A DNA stretch of 64,000 bases. Origin: Rhodothermales bacterium (GTDB lineage Bacteria > Bacteroidota > Rhodothermia > Rhodothermales > Bin80). Under the pieces are notes generated by a model, which saw only the letters and a program-made list of their open reading frames with translations, was not told where the DNA came from and searched no databases. Position numbers and translations under genes: made by a program. The first letter of the stretch is position 1, and each line of letters begins with the position of its first letter. The stretch covers positions 125,860 through 189,859 of the forward strand of contig CBDBMQ010000024.1 of NCBI GenBank assembly GCA_965207565.1. Direction: 5' to 3'. Shown one piece after another: positions 28,201-38,434 of the stretch.

Positions 28201-30897
28201 CACATACATCAGGATGTAGCCATCGTCGACATGTGCATCGTCACCCGCCGCATCATCTCCTGCGATACTTCCTGGATCGTTTGTATCCAGTTTCAGAACG
28301 CCATCTTTCACCGCGAGTATCTCCTCGACCGTCAGCGTACTTTGCTCAGCGGTCCCTGCTTCAAACAGAACCACATCCCCCTTGCAAAGCCCCAGATTTT
28401 TTGTTCTGATAACATTATCAAAGCGAATTTCTCCATCATCTACATCAATGGACAGTGACTCCAGAGTACTTCCAACGCTAACAAGGTCGGTGTTCCGGGT
28501 ACCATAGACGAGTCTAGTCAGTGATGAACCGGAAGCCAACGCGCCATCCAGTTCACCCTCAAGGATCAACCCTCCAGTGACCGTAACAGGACCATCAGCA
28601 TCAGCCTCAAGTTCGGCCCCTCCTGCAACATGCAACGTCCCTACCGTCAGCGATCCAGTAATGTCCAGATCATCCTCCATAACCAACGCATTAAGCGTCA
28701 AATTACCAACAACCGTGTGATCGTCGTCATCGGTCAGTACAAGACGGGTCCCGGCGTTTAACGAAAACGTATTCTCGCACATCCCTTTATCCAAGGACAC
28801 TGCCGACGCCTCCATCGTAATTGAAGTACCCTCCGCAAAAATGTCTCCATCCAAACTCAGGTTGTGAGCCGAAATTAGCATATCCTTAGTGTCTGCGTCC
28901 ATAAGAATTCTGCCCGTGCGCTCATGTTCAATGACTAAGTCCCCACCAATATGGGACATTGTGGCGATAGAGGTAGTGCTGGTTCCCAAGGGCTTTGCCG
29001 CGAAAATCACACGGGGAGCGCAACTCGTCATGTTTCGGTTAGCATTGGATCCCATTTCCGCGATGATTAAGGCTCGCACATCCACATCACCCTCAATCAT
29101 CGCTGCACCTTCAAACTGCACACCAGGAACATGAAATCCTCGTCCTACAACCCCAGTATCCTGGCTCTTGTGGAACTGCACATCCGAAGTCCCATTGTCT
29201 ACAAATACATTCCCCGTAGTAGAAGCGGCATTGAGCGTGATCGTTACTGAGGATGTCGCCCCCGGACGCACCGTTCCCGCCGGCAACGTACCCAGCTTCA
29301 CTATGATCGTCTCAGCATCCCCTTCACCGGCATTATTAATTGTAATTTCCGCTGTCCCGGTAGTCCCGGAATTAATTGTAATTTCGAACGGATCGGGAAG
29401 TGTGTAGTCACCGCCGGTATCTTTGGAGGCCGTCCCCTCCGTGGTCAGCGGGATCGTTATTGAAGTTCCGTCGACTGGATGCGCCTTGTTAAGGGTCGCC
29501 GTCACCGTCACCGTACCAACATTCCTATCCACTGCAGCAGAAGCTACCGAGAGGCTCACCACGGGCGTATCTACGAAACGAACATCGTCCATTGTGGTAC
29601 GATAATCGCACGTAAATGGGGCATCTTCCGCCGCCGATGCAAGCTTAACCCCCTGTCGAACGCTAGCATGGCCGGTTGGGGTGGTACGCGCTGCACCGAA
29701 GTTCCCAAGATCGAGTGGCGCCCCCTGAGCAGCAGCCAACAAGATCCCTTCCCTCAGGACTACATTCCCCGTGATTGTAGAACTTTTCTCAAATACAACC
29801 CGGGCATCGTTCCACTGGACCACATTGCCATCAACTTCAACATCATTCCTGAAAATGACATCCGTCGTGATATCTCCTCCCTCATGAGGCTCATCGATAC
29901 TTCCTGCAACCGTTAGTCCACCAACCTTTCCAAGCTCAATACAGATATTTCCCGCCGCAACCGCACGGATCTCATTCTTGATCTCTCCACCACCTGTAAT
30001 CCTGACGCAATCCTCGTGATCAATCGCACCCTTCACGGGAATGTAGTCACTGCTCATATGGAGGGAACCAGCACCTGTAGTGCCCCTCGTCCCACCATCA
30101 GTTGGGACCACATTTAGATGCGCAATCCAGACCGTGCCCGGACCATCAATCATGCCATTCACAGTTAGGATCCCCCTCGAATCATCCTTAGGCGATTTCC
30201 TCAAAGGAACGCGTAGAGCAATTGGTTGCTCGCCTGCGCCTGGGGTCTCTTTGCCCACGGTCAAGGTTGCCCCAGTGTCGACCGTCAACGAATCAATGCG
30301 AAGCGTCACAGCTGCATCGCCTGACCCTATTATCTGAAGATCTTCCGAGACTACAAGCGCTCCAATCGTAGCGCTCACGGTGGTCAGAGTCCCCGAAATC
30401 GTCAGCCTCTTTGCTCCACCTCCCGCTTCCTTAGCAGTAGGGTCAACGTAAAGAGGCGTATCACCATCTGTCCTCAAATTTGTAACATCCTCGAAATTAA
30501 CGGTAGCCTTTTCGTGGACAACAAATCGACCAGTAGTATTAATTTGAAAATTCCCCGTGAATTCCAGCGTCCCCTCCACCGGATCTCCGCTACCTCGCAC
30601 ATAGGCACCAAAAAAAACAGTTTGGCTCAGAAACTGAGTAGCCACAGTAGGTGATGCCACCGTGACAGTCCCACCTGACCTTCTAACCCGGATCAGGATG
30701 ATGTCCTCCGCCCCAGAAGCACCGATTGCGGTACCGTATGAGCACGGATTGGCACTGGTGCAATCCGCACCAATACCATTGTCTACGTCTACATAACGAG
30801 TGGTTTGTGCAAACGCACCGGGGGCTGCGACCAGCATGGCCAGCATGGCTAGCAATGCCACACAACCAACCCCGAAAAAATTAGTAATGTATTTCAT
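25282..30897 (-). CDS. Giant secreted surface protein with T9SS type-A C-terminal sorting domain
   Basis: Signal peptide ending AFAQ. Calx-beta-like segment (GDYTLPDPFEITINSGTTGTAEITI). DUF4397-like RVQFIHNALLPAPVNLSLDG. C-terminus LHGNYPNPFNPSTRIQFDLP...GTYLYRMI...MTLVK. Confidence 0.85.
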   Translation of the reverse strand: MKYITNFFGVGCVALLAMLAMLVAAPGAFAQTTRYVDVDNGIGADCTSANPCSYGTAIGASGAEDIILIRVRRSGGTVTVASPTVATQFLSQTVFFGAYVRGSGDPVEGTLEFTGNFQINTTGRFVVHEKATVNFEDVTNLRTDGDTPLYVDPTAKEAGGGAKRLTISGTLTTVSATIGALVVSEDLQIIGSGDAAVTLRIDSLTVDTGATLTVGKETPGAGEQPIALRVPLRKSPKDDSRGILTVNGMIDGPGTVWIAHLNVVPTDGGTRGTTGAGSLHMSSDYIPVKGAIDHEDCVRITGGGEIKNEIRAVAAGNICIELGKVGGLTVAGSIDEPHEGGDITTDVIFRNDVEVDGNVVQWNDARVVFEKSSTITGNVVLREGILLAAAQGAPLDLGNFGAARTTPTGHASVRQGVKLASAAEDAPFTCDYRTTMDDVRFVDTPVVSLSVASAAVDRNVGTVTVTATLNKAHPVDGTSITIPLTTEGTASKDTGGDYTLPDPFEITINSGTTGTAEITINNAGEGDAETIIVKLGTLPAGTVRPGATSSVTITLNAASTTGNVFVDNGTSDVQFHKSQDTGVVGRGFHVPGVQFEGAAMIEGDVDVRALIIAEMGSNANRNMTSCAPRVIFAAKPLGTSTTSIATMSHIGGDLVIEHERTGRILMDADTKDMLISAHNLSLDGDIFAEGTSITMEASAVSLDKGMCENTFSLNAGTRLVLTDDDDHTVVGNLTLNALVMEDDLDITGSLTVGTLHVAGGAELEADADGPVTVTGGLILEGELDGALASGSSLTRLVYGTRNTDLVSVGSTLESLSIDVDDGEIRFDNVIRTKNLGLCKGDVVLFEAGTAEQSTLTVEEILAVKDGVLKLDTNDPGSIAGDDAAGDDAHVDDGYILMYVTEGAREVGRELSSGTRDLAVNHKDAEITLTEGATLNGKLHILKGTLSTMGDLTVGTSSVAAERFLVIHDGTLNSNGNDVVAHDSVIIGATDKEVAKLMTGGGDFRAVGNTDKDDLYVDGSAKVTVGAKGVIDVGTGTFQLGPVYTEPTNDLAGDDRPDVYLTVEKTGDGAGTVTGMIHVPEGSKQTYITGEAFDVIVLDGTGNPKKDATKGDNWGGGLNFHDTKVVIDSLAAMNDAAVEFYDQVEPHGESFTMEIKKDVEFNSARIYVNRTNELKFGGDFIIGETGGIRVWDEAKVIISGDFVQNAGSQHAGHQDGVGLPGPAVKTVMGDFTVADGAHRYESGDQTKIVLKGNFSLAKVKTGSDKMLNANLEFSGKESQSVSSAVDLGNVEVNNSKGIVLGSNVMQGASSTLTLTRGIISSADDYTWTVKNTNIEQDVRGRNNALMTCADDASCASVIKGGSRRAHASAGVSRHVEQGNSGAGETSGGYLFPVGGMSGDMSHYRPLVMQFEDDLASADTVTVSSVMVPEGEAPSWPSDNILAPTLGGLLTLDAHSDIFWKVEFAEGVEQNPHVRIAAGGLANVFDVDGLRMVQWDCDWSNPRLAGTQIIGEANEASFAENGYVNGVPNLTNESVDVGMCAILGVAANGIENPIHLDPITGGLSRVQFIHNALLPAPVNLSLDGVPLQSNMEFRNATGYAVVASGSHEATFSVVGAPADQSTDVPLSLAPDASYAVVAHGSLTNYGVDVFETRMASLADNMVDAILVHGSADLGEVDVRLLDMTSDHSATALLANNIKFGESTNYLSFEPGFHNIEVYDSKDSYVSLVSLSGYQGETVVLNLSGSKVVPGADFGIFGVDIRGGEVQAVTATDIEDERVELPTEFTLHGNYPNPFNPSTRIQFDLPETAQVSLQIVDMLGREVMTLPEKEFEAGANRSIELNAINLASGTYLYRMIATGAESRYVKTGRMTLVK

Positions 30898-31602
30898 GTG
30901 TTTGGAGCCTCACTCCATTTGTTAATTGATATTTATGCAGGTCACACTGCAATCAAAAGTGATCGCAGGTGTCCACGGGAATACACGCGAAACATGAAGT
31001 ACGCGTAACCCCCGCGGTAATTCCCACAACATTCCTCGAAAAAATACAATGATTGCCGCAACCATCCAGATCACAGCAAAGACCTTCAACATGCACCGGT
31101 ACGCATAAGTTGCAATTCTACGAACATACCGTAGAACCAGTAGTAATGCTCTCAAACAAGTAAAAGACGAAAAATAAAAAAGAACTGCAAACCAAGGTCT
31201 ATACCCGTCTAACACCACAGCAGAGGAAGGTACTGGGGCACCGAGCACAGAGCTTGGGCATGAGATTGTCGGCTTTTTTGCGGGATTTCATTACGAACCC
31301 CAAGCGAACTACCGAAGAGATTCTGGCCCGCGAATGGGTGTCGGTTGCACTTCACCTGACTTCGATGGTTACCTTGCGTACAGAGGCACGGGAGTGGGAT
31401 TTTTGAAAAAAGTGAACACCGCGATACCCCCTCTCCTTGCTGACTTTTGCATGATCGCTATTTGGCATAGGTACTTTCAATTCAAACACATACTTCTTGC
31501 TGTTCTTAACCCACGTCTGAACGATAACAATCTCTTTCAAAAATCAAATCTCACACAAATGTCTACAGAGTCTGCTTTGGATGAAAGAAACAAAATAGCT
31601 TT

Positions 31603-33447
31603 ATGAATCAGAAAAACGTAAATGGGAACCGCATAGTCGAGCAACATCCCCAAGAGTGGTTTGAAATGCAGGATATGCGAAATCATCCGATGTCGGTGGA
31701 CAGTTGGATCACTGTTAAATCAATACGGACCTTACCGTATGAAGGTTGTCTCATAGAAGAATGTCATCCACAAGAGATTAATAATGTTGGATCTGTCATG
31801 TTTCCCATTATTAATCATGAGGATGTATTCAAAGTTGGGTGGGATGATCGGGCCTACTCCTGCAAGTTTGATGGCGGAGTGGAGACTATTTACAGTTCAA
31901 CAAAAGATCGTACTTCAAACGGAATACAGGAGAGAAGAACCATTTCACAGTACTTACCTTGTGGCTACTATCACAGGGATGGTATACTCGGATCTGGATT
32001 GGTAATTGAACAGCAGGTCAATTCGCAAGAGAATCCTGTTTGGCATCTCCATCAGGATTTTGTTGTGGCTCTCAATTTGATCCAGGAAGGTAATGCCTGG
32101 GTTCGACCGGGCGAAGGATATAAAGAAGTGGCACGACTGATCCAGAATGGTGAGGGTAAACCGGAACTTATGGAAGTTCGAAAGGAGCATTTATTAGATT
32201 ACTTGTCCGCACGGAAGATGAACCTATACGTATATAGTTTCCACTCCCGAAGGGAGTTAACTAATGACCGCAGTCATATCAGTTGGGAACCAGAAAAGGA
32301 ATACACTGAAGAAGACGGAATGCGGCGGTGGATAGGCAGAATCATCCGAACGCCTCCAGATAAATTATTTTCCAGGTCTACAACAGAAGAGCATTCTATT
32401 TCTTCCGAGGATGTTTATGAAAGAGAGGAAGTTCCAGGGCCGGAATCAAATAGTGTAAGAAATCAGACTTCCAATATGGAAACAGCGGGCAAGCAAAGTT
32501 ACATGATAATCGGAGAGTTACGGTGTACAGAAGTCATTGAGGCGGGCGATAGAAGCGAACGAGTTCTTGGCGAAGAGCCGGCAAGTGTACCATTCATAAT
32601 TGATTCAGTTGGACAGACAGAAACTAAAGAGTCTTTGGTGGAGAGCAATTCTTGGCTACACTTCAGACCAAATGTGGTAAAAGATATCTTGACATGTCGT
32701 AAATCATCTTTAGATTGGTGCACATCTGATACGGGCTCTATTGGTTTAGCACCAGATTATTCCGTCCACTTTGGTATCAATAAACTTGGCCACATTAATG
32801 TTTTTGCGAAAGATATTGCTCAATTGCCGGTGTGGCAACAGCGCGTATGGGGTGGGTTCAATGTAACGCCGGAAGCAGGAGTTTCAAATGAACTGTTAGC
32901 CTCTCAATTTGGAGCGAATCCGGCAAGTACAATAGCTCCAGAGAACCTTCTGCGAGATGCGTATACAAATATAAACAATACATCAAGCGAGGTATTTGGG
33001 AAACCGTTATTTTTCGAACATGAGTATTGTGATAAACTATTTGGCAAATGCCATCGGTTTAGAGCAATTGAGCGATCTGGTTTATATGAGTTGGCCAAAG
33101 ACCTGTACCGACTTACCATAGAAAGGGTAGATCCATCGGCACTTAGCGCTGTAGTAACGCCTCAAAAAGGAGAGGAACAGAAAACAATCAATCATCTTCA
33201 GAAGGTGCTTGAAACATGTCGAGATGCACAAGAAGCCAGAAAAATTGTCAGTAGCATCAGAGGATTGAACAGGCTTCGTCAGGCTGATGCCCATATGCCA
33301 TCCGAAAACATTGAACCGTCAATCAGGCAGGCAGGCATTATAGAAACTGGAAATCCAATTAACGAGGCATATCAGCTGCTACAACATTTCGCGAAAACAT
33401 TGAATAAGATTTCAGAGATCTTACGCGAAGCCCCAATAGAGCAGTGA
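31603..33447 (+). CDS. Unknown 614-aa protein with a C-terminal helical region carrying an Rx4H (HEPN-like) motif
   Basis: Long uninterrupted ORF. No N-terminal motif recognised. GLNRLRQADAH at aa 554-564. Confidence 0.65.
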   Translation: MNQKNVNGNRIVEQHPQEWFEMQDMRNHPMSVDSWITVKSIRTLPYEGCLIEECHPQEINNVGSVMFPIINHEDVFKVGWDDRAYSCKFDGGVETIYSSTKDRTSNGIQERRTISQYLPCGYYHRDGILGSGLVIEQQVNSQENPVWHLHQDFVVALNLIQEGNAWVRPGEGYKEVARLIQNGEGKPELMEVRKEHLLDYLSARKMNLYVYSFHSRRELTNDRSHISWEPEKEYTEEDGMRRWIGRIIRTPPDKLFSRSTTEEHSISSEDVYEREEVPGPESNSVRNQTSNMETAGKQSYMIIGELRCTEVIEAGDRSERVLGEEPASVPFIIDSVGQTETKESLVESNSWLHFRPNVVKDILTCRKSSLDWCTSDTGSIGLAPDYSVHFGINKLGHINVFAKDIAQLPVWQQRVWGGFNVTPEAGVSNELLASQFGANPASTIAPENLLRDAYTNINNTSSEVFGKPLFFEHEYCDKLFGKCHRFRAIERSGLYELAKDLYRLTIERVDPSALSAVVTPQKGEEQKTINHLQKVLETCRDAQEARKIVSSIRGLNRLRQADAHMPSENIEPSIRQAGIIETGNPINEAYQLLQHFAKTLNKISEILREAPIEQ

Positions 33448-33545
33448 TGATTTCCAGTCTTTGATCCATTGATAATGCCCAATAATATGACTTAAAGATG
33501 TGAAGGACCAGTTCTTAAATCAATTCTCTTCAAACTTATAATGAC

Positions 33546-34935
33546 GGGCTCTTCGCTTTTATGAGTGGGTAGCTTGTTTTTGGAAGCCTTCCGGGTACAG
33601 ATCCAGTCCACCGAGATAGAAGTAAATTGCATTGATAAACCGCTGTATGTTTCGGAATCCACGAGCACGAATTTTGACGGTTTTGATGCGGCTGTTGATG
33701 CTTTCGGCTGGGCCATTGCTGACCTTTAAGATCACTGCATTGATAATGCCCCACAAATGATTTTTGATGGTTTTCGCGGCTTCTTTCATCGGTTCCAGTC
33801 GGCAACGCATGGCCCAGGACAACCATCGTTTCCATCCTTTGAGTGCCCATGTGGGATGGACATAATGCCATAAGTTCTGGGAGAATTCCTTGATGGCCCA
33901 CGCACAAGCTGTTTTCAGCGAACTATTCTTTAATTGGTTGAATCGTTTCTTTTGCCGCGCAGACATATTCTTCGGATTGGTCAGCCAATCATACTTGGTT
34001 CCAGTGAGATCGTAGATGTCTTGTTTCCGCAATTCTCGGTTTTCTAGCCTACGGACTTTATCCACTGCATCGCTAATGTATTTGTCCACATGAAAGCGAT
34101 CAAATGCAATCTTTTTTTCTGCGCCGGGAACCCACGCTTTCGTGGCACTGATATACGCGGGCCACATATCCATGCTGACGCGTTCAATGGCGTCCAACTG
34201 CTCCGCAGAACATCCATCATAATACCCGCTCAAACTGGCCATTGTCCGACTCTCCCCGACATACAGCACGGTTGCCGTGTCTGGATTGGACACCACAGTG
34301 ATGTAATTGTGACCTTTCTTATAAGAGGTCTCATCGACACAGAGATGCGCGATCAGTTCCTCTTTTTTGCGGGCATGTCCTCGCAGTACAGCACGCTCCA
34401 TAATGTTGGCAATCAACGTCCAACTGACTCCCATCCTGCAGGCCACCGTTGAAATACTGGTGGTATCCAGCAACCAGTTAATGACCTTCGCTTCAAATGC
34501 CGTCGTAAAACGCACGCGCTCATCCGCCCAGGGCACCGAAACCGTTTTGATTCCATGCTCCGAACATTCCACCCGAGGAACTTTCGCAACCACGGTCGTC
34601 TGATATTCGCAGATATCCGTGTGGCGCCATTTCCGAAGACGATGGTCGTAGCCAGGACAAACTTTGTTACACTCAGGACATCGAAGTACCGAACAGATCA
34701 CATGGATCTCAGCCAGCTGCGTTGCATCATCTTGCTTGATCTCCGAAACCTCCCACGGAGACTGAATCCCTAACAATCGATTGATATCTTGAATACGCAC
34801 ACTCATGGTGAATGAAATATTTGATTTGAACTCCAAAAACAAACCCAAAATAAATAAATCCATTCCGAATCTATTCAATCGCATCGTGGGTCATCTTAGT
34901 TCTGACTCCGAACCCACTTGAAAAGGGGAAGCCCC
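33546..34935 (-). mobile_element. ISL3-family insertion sequence
   Basis: Imperfect IRs GGGCTCTTCGCTTTTATGAGTGGGT (33546) and reverse complement GGGGCTTCCCCTTTTCAAGTGGGT (34935) flank an intact transposase. Confidence 0.8.
33559..34806 (-). CDS. ISL3-family transposase
   Basis: MSVRIQDINRLLGIQSPWEV...CPECNKVCPGYDH (zinc finger)...CVDETSYKKGHNYITVV...MDMWPAYI...FDRFHV...ESINSRIK. Confidence 0.85.
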   Translation of the reverse strand: MSVRIQDINRLLGIQSPWEVSEIKQDDATQLAEIHVICSVLRCPECNKVCPGYDHRLRKWRHTDICEYQTTVVAKVPRVECSEHGIKTVSVPWADERVRFTTAFEAKVINWLLDTTSISTVACRMGVSWTLIANIMERAVLRGHARKKEELIAHLCVDETSYKKGHNYITVVSNPDTATVLYVGESRTMASLSGYYDGCSAEQLDAIERVSMDMWPAYISATKAWVPGAEKKIAFDRFHVDKYISDAVDKVRRLENRELRKQDIYDLTGTKYDWLTNPKNMSARQKKRFNQLKNSSLKTACAWAIKEFSQNLWHYVHPTWALKGWKRWLSWAMRCRLEPMKEAAKTIKNHLWGIINAVILKVSNGPAESINSRIKTVKIRARGFRNIQRFINAIYFYLGGLDLYPEGFQKQATHS

Positions 34936-35052
34936 ACATATTCAAGTGAAATTAGGCTCCCCTGCTTGTCAATTGCATCCTGATAGACGAAATCAGTTTC
35001 CTTCCATCCTGTCGGCTAAGAATGGCCAGAAAATTCTAATGCGTTAATCTCC

Positions 35053-36264
35053 ATGAAACGTGTCGCATTTCTTTTAGGAGCAGGGGCTTCCATTCCTGCA
35101 GGATATGGTTCCACTAAGTGCCTGACAAAGAAAATTCTGACTTCTGAGAACTATTATCAGAAGACAGCAGATCGAAAATTCTATCCTCTTGATGATGATG
35201 AGCGCCCAGTAACAGATTACACAACACCTGTTGTGCGCCGCATCATTGACTGGCTATTCAAGCGAACAAAGGAATACTTCCAAGATCGTGGGGAGCCCAA
35301 GGAACCTAATTACGAAGACATTTACTATCTGGCCTCACAGTTGAGGGACGATGCCACTGAGTTACAAAATCCGGCGTTACTGCCGCTAATTTGCAAACTA
35401 AAATGTGATATGACCTTATGGCAGGAATACAGGGAGTACTGTCGTCCAGAGAGTGTCCTTGATCCATACGGATTGAATTTCAACAAGTTGTGCAGCGAAA
35501 CGTGCCACTACATTGAAGATATTGTTACCGATCTATTGAATCATAACGGAAAATGTTGCACCAAGCATCTTGAAATCATCAAGACCATCCACGAGGTAAA
35601 TGGTTTGGAGTTGAGAGGTATCGCTACATTGACACATGATACGCATGTTGAAAGGAACTTGAGGAGCGCAGGTATCAAGCTTACCGATGGCTTCAGTCCC
35701 CCTATCCCTGGTGATACCCTGCGGATCTGGAAGAATCAATTCTCTTCATGTGACGGTATCCCGTTTGTTAAGCTCCATGGGTCCGTCAATTGGACTCGCT
35801 TTGATTTACCGGAACCGAGCAAATACGAAAAGCTTCCCCAATCTGAAATCGGAGTTCTTGAACCTTCTTACTTGAAAAAATCTGTATACCTCCATAGCGG
35901 AAGTGTAAATCCTCGTCCTTTTCTGTTGATCGGTACGTTCAATAAGCCGGTCCAGTACAATTGGGGATTGATGTTAGACATTCACTATAGATTTCGCAAG
36001 ATTCTGGAAAGTTCGGAGACGCTGGTCGTATGCGGCTACAGCTTTGGTGATAAAGCCATAAATACTCAACTGATCTTTTGGTGTAACGCAGAGCGGTCAC
36101 GATCGCTTGTGGTGATTGATCCTCGTAATCGACTGGATGTCATCAACTCCGCGCGGTACGCCGTACGCGAACTTCTTAGTGACGGGGGAACGGCCCGTTT
36201 CATCACTAAGCAGATGGAGGAGGTTGAGCCGCGTGAATTGCTTGAAGTGTTAGTTTCCCGGTAA
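35053..36264 (+). CDS. SIR2-like (SIR2_2 family) protein
   Basis: AFLLGAGASIPAGYGS N-terminus, TLTHDTHVE, VKLHGSVNW and LVVCGYSFGDKAIN. Confidence 0.8.
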   Translation: MKRVAFLLGAGASIPAGYGSTKCLTKKILTSENYYQKTADRKFYPLDDDERPVTDYTTPVVRRIIDWLFKRTKEYFQDRGEPKEPNYEDIYYLASQLRDDATELQNPALLPLICKLKCDMTLWQEYREYCRPESVLDPYGLNFNKLCSETCHYIEDIVTDLLNHNGKCCTKHLEIIKTIHEVNGLELRGIATLTHDTHVERNLRSAGIKLTDGFSPPIPGDTLRIWKNQFSSCDGIPFVKLHGSVNWTRFDLPEPSKYEKLPQSEIGVLEPSYLKKSVYLHSGSVNPRPFLLIGTFNKPVQYNWGLMLDIHYRFRKILESSETLVVCGYSFGDKAINTQLIFWCNAERSRSLVVIDPRNRLDVINSARYAVRELLSDGGTARFITKQMEEVEPRELLEVLVSR

Positions 36265-36424
36265 GGTGGCGTTAATGCTGGAATTTGAGATCCCGTCGTC
36301 TAGAGCTGATTTTCCATCCCTATTAGGCATATGTCAGTGGCCTTGGACACACTGGATAAACAAGTACTTTATTCACGGGGAGATATCCCAAAAATACCGG
36401 TTTGCAGGTATCCCAGTTGGGAAT

Positions 36425-38304
36425 GTAGAGTCAAGGGGCCGGCGCGTTACTCTTAGGGTCCTGTGGCAATTCCATCGCTTTCGCTTTGGCCCTCAGTCAG
36501 GCTCCCGTCAGTCGTTTCCGGCCCCCTGCTCGTCAAACCGGACGTGCGGTTTTCCCGCATCCGAGAATCGCACATATCTCCCGATCCGTGTCTTATGCTT
36601 CCGGCAAAACCACTGTCGCAGCCGCTTGTTTGTGTGCATGTTGATCGCCTGATATGCGGGTGATACTTGGCCCAAAGTAAAGTAGTTCGCCCAACCGGAT
36701 ACCATCCAGTTCAGCCTCTGAACCATTTCCTCTGCGTCCAAGAACCCGTATTTCCGACTCGTTTGCTCACTGATCTTACGGCAGATACTTTGGACACTTG
36801 ACGTACTTGGACGGGTACCAATATAGCACCCTTGTCCGTTCGGTCGGTAGTTCCAACCGATGCGGTATCCGAGAAATTCAAACGGTTCCTCGGGGCATCG
36901 TAAGCATCGCGTCTTTTGGGTATTGAGTTTGAGCTTTAGCTTTTCCATCAGAACTTGTGCTACCGCCTTCATTTCTGTCGCCGGTACACGTCCCAAAATA
37001 CAGAAATCATCTGCATAGCAGACGATCTGTGCGTCAAAGCGTTCCGCATATCCCAAACGTTTCCACCCCAGAATAAAACGGCGCATATACAGATTACTTA
37101 ACAACGGCGAAACTGGACTGCCTTGCGGCGTCCCTTTTCGTTCTCTGCGGGCTCGATTTGTGCGGCGTTTGCCACCTTTGTCGTCCTCTTCTACTACGGG
37201 CATGACCAGCCATGACTTGATCAATCCAAGCACGCGTCCATCACTCACGCGACGGGCAATGCTCTTCATTAATTCCGCATGGGGAATCTCCCCGAAGTAG
37301 TTGGATAGGTCCGCATCAACCACTTCGTTGTGCCCCCTGCTTAGTAGTCTGTGGATGCGATTCACCGCATCCTACGCGCTTCGTCCTGGTCGGTACCCAT
37401 ATTGCTCCGGTTGCAGGTCCGCCTCAAATATCGGCGATAATACCAACATCGCCGATGTCTGAGCAACCCGATCTCGTAAGCATGGGATACCTAATGGTCG
37501 AAACTTACCCCGTGCTTTCTTGGGAATCAGCACCTGCCGAACCGCTTTCGGTTGATAAGTGCCGTCCCGTAGTTCCTGCGACAGTTCCCGCAGCCAGCTC
37601 TCCACGCCCCTTGCCTCAATGTCCGCAATCGTCTCCTCGTCCACTCCGGCCGATCCACCATTGCGGCGGACCAGACGCCAGGCTTCCCGTAAGAAGTCCA
37701 TGCGATACACCTTGTCCATCAGTGCGTGAAAGCGCCGCTGTGGTCCTTCCTTCGCTTGCTCATGCAGTATGGTCTGGAGTCCCTGAACCTTTTCAGATCC
37801 TGTTAGACCGTTGTCAGTAATCATGTCCCTTCATCCTTGTCCATACTACTTAACCTAGGGCCCCTTCCCTCCACAGGCGTTACCCCGCTTCTGCGGTACT
37901 ACGGCCCCATCCGTCACCCTGACGGCCCGACCTGCTCCTTACGGAGCTTCGGTTGCCGTGTGCATTGGCACCGACAGGGCTTCCCGTGTTGCTACTTTCC
38001 TGATCTTCCATGCGTGCCAGCGCCATTACCCCGGTGAGCCGCCTTGGTGCTCGCTTCCCAAGACGTGCCAGTCTTCCCCATATCACCGGAAGGTCAACAC
38101 TCACATTGCCCGTTTCGAGGCCTGATCGGCGTTCACTGCACGTTCCGGTCCACATGGTCGCTAAGCTACTCGCATAGCCCGTTAACCTTAATGCTTCATA
38201 TCATGTCGTTACCTCCATCATACGCTAAGGCCGCTACCAACCGGAGCGACAGGTGTTGGGCGGGGGTCGCACCCGCCACAGGAAAGCGCCTTTCCACGGC
38301 GCAC
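36425..38304 (-). mobile_element. Group II intron with RT/maturase ORF, family 1 (apparently inactive)
   Basis: Minus strand starts GTGCGCCGTGGAAAGGCGC (38304) and ends GACTCTAC (36425). Contains the RT ORF. Confidence 0.8.
36508..37824 (-). pseudogene. Group II intron reverse transcriptase/maturase with in-frame TAG
   Basis: RxxIPKxxGKFRPLGIP, YRPGRSA-TAG-DAV, PQGSPVSPLLSNLY, CYADDFCIL and maturase WANYF. The stop at 37372-37374 is in frame with both halves. Confidence 0.75.
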
Positions 38305-38434
38305 AGTGAACTCATGCTAATGTAGCTTAACCAGCCGGAATAGTCCTGCTACAAAATCTCTACATCCCTTTCTTGAGTTCTCCATTCATTCTCCAAGGAT
38401 TATTCTTTGCATTTTCAACCGAGCTACAAAGAAC

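Noticed and set aside
33530-34945. 8-bp target-site duplication for the ISL3 insertion
   Set aside because: I could not find matching flanks with any reasonable choice of IR ends, so no TSD is claimed.
36266-36652. ORF 36266..36652 downstream of the SIR2-like gene as a third gene of that locus
   Set aside because: It overlaps the 3' domains (V and VI) of the minus-strand group II intron and has no coding signature.
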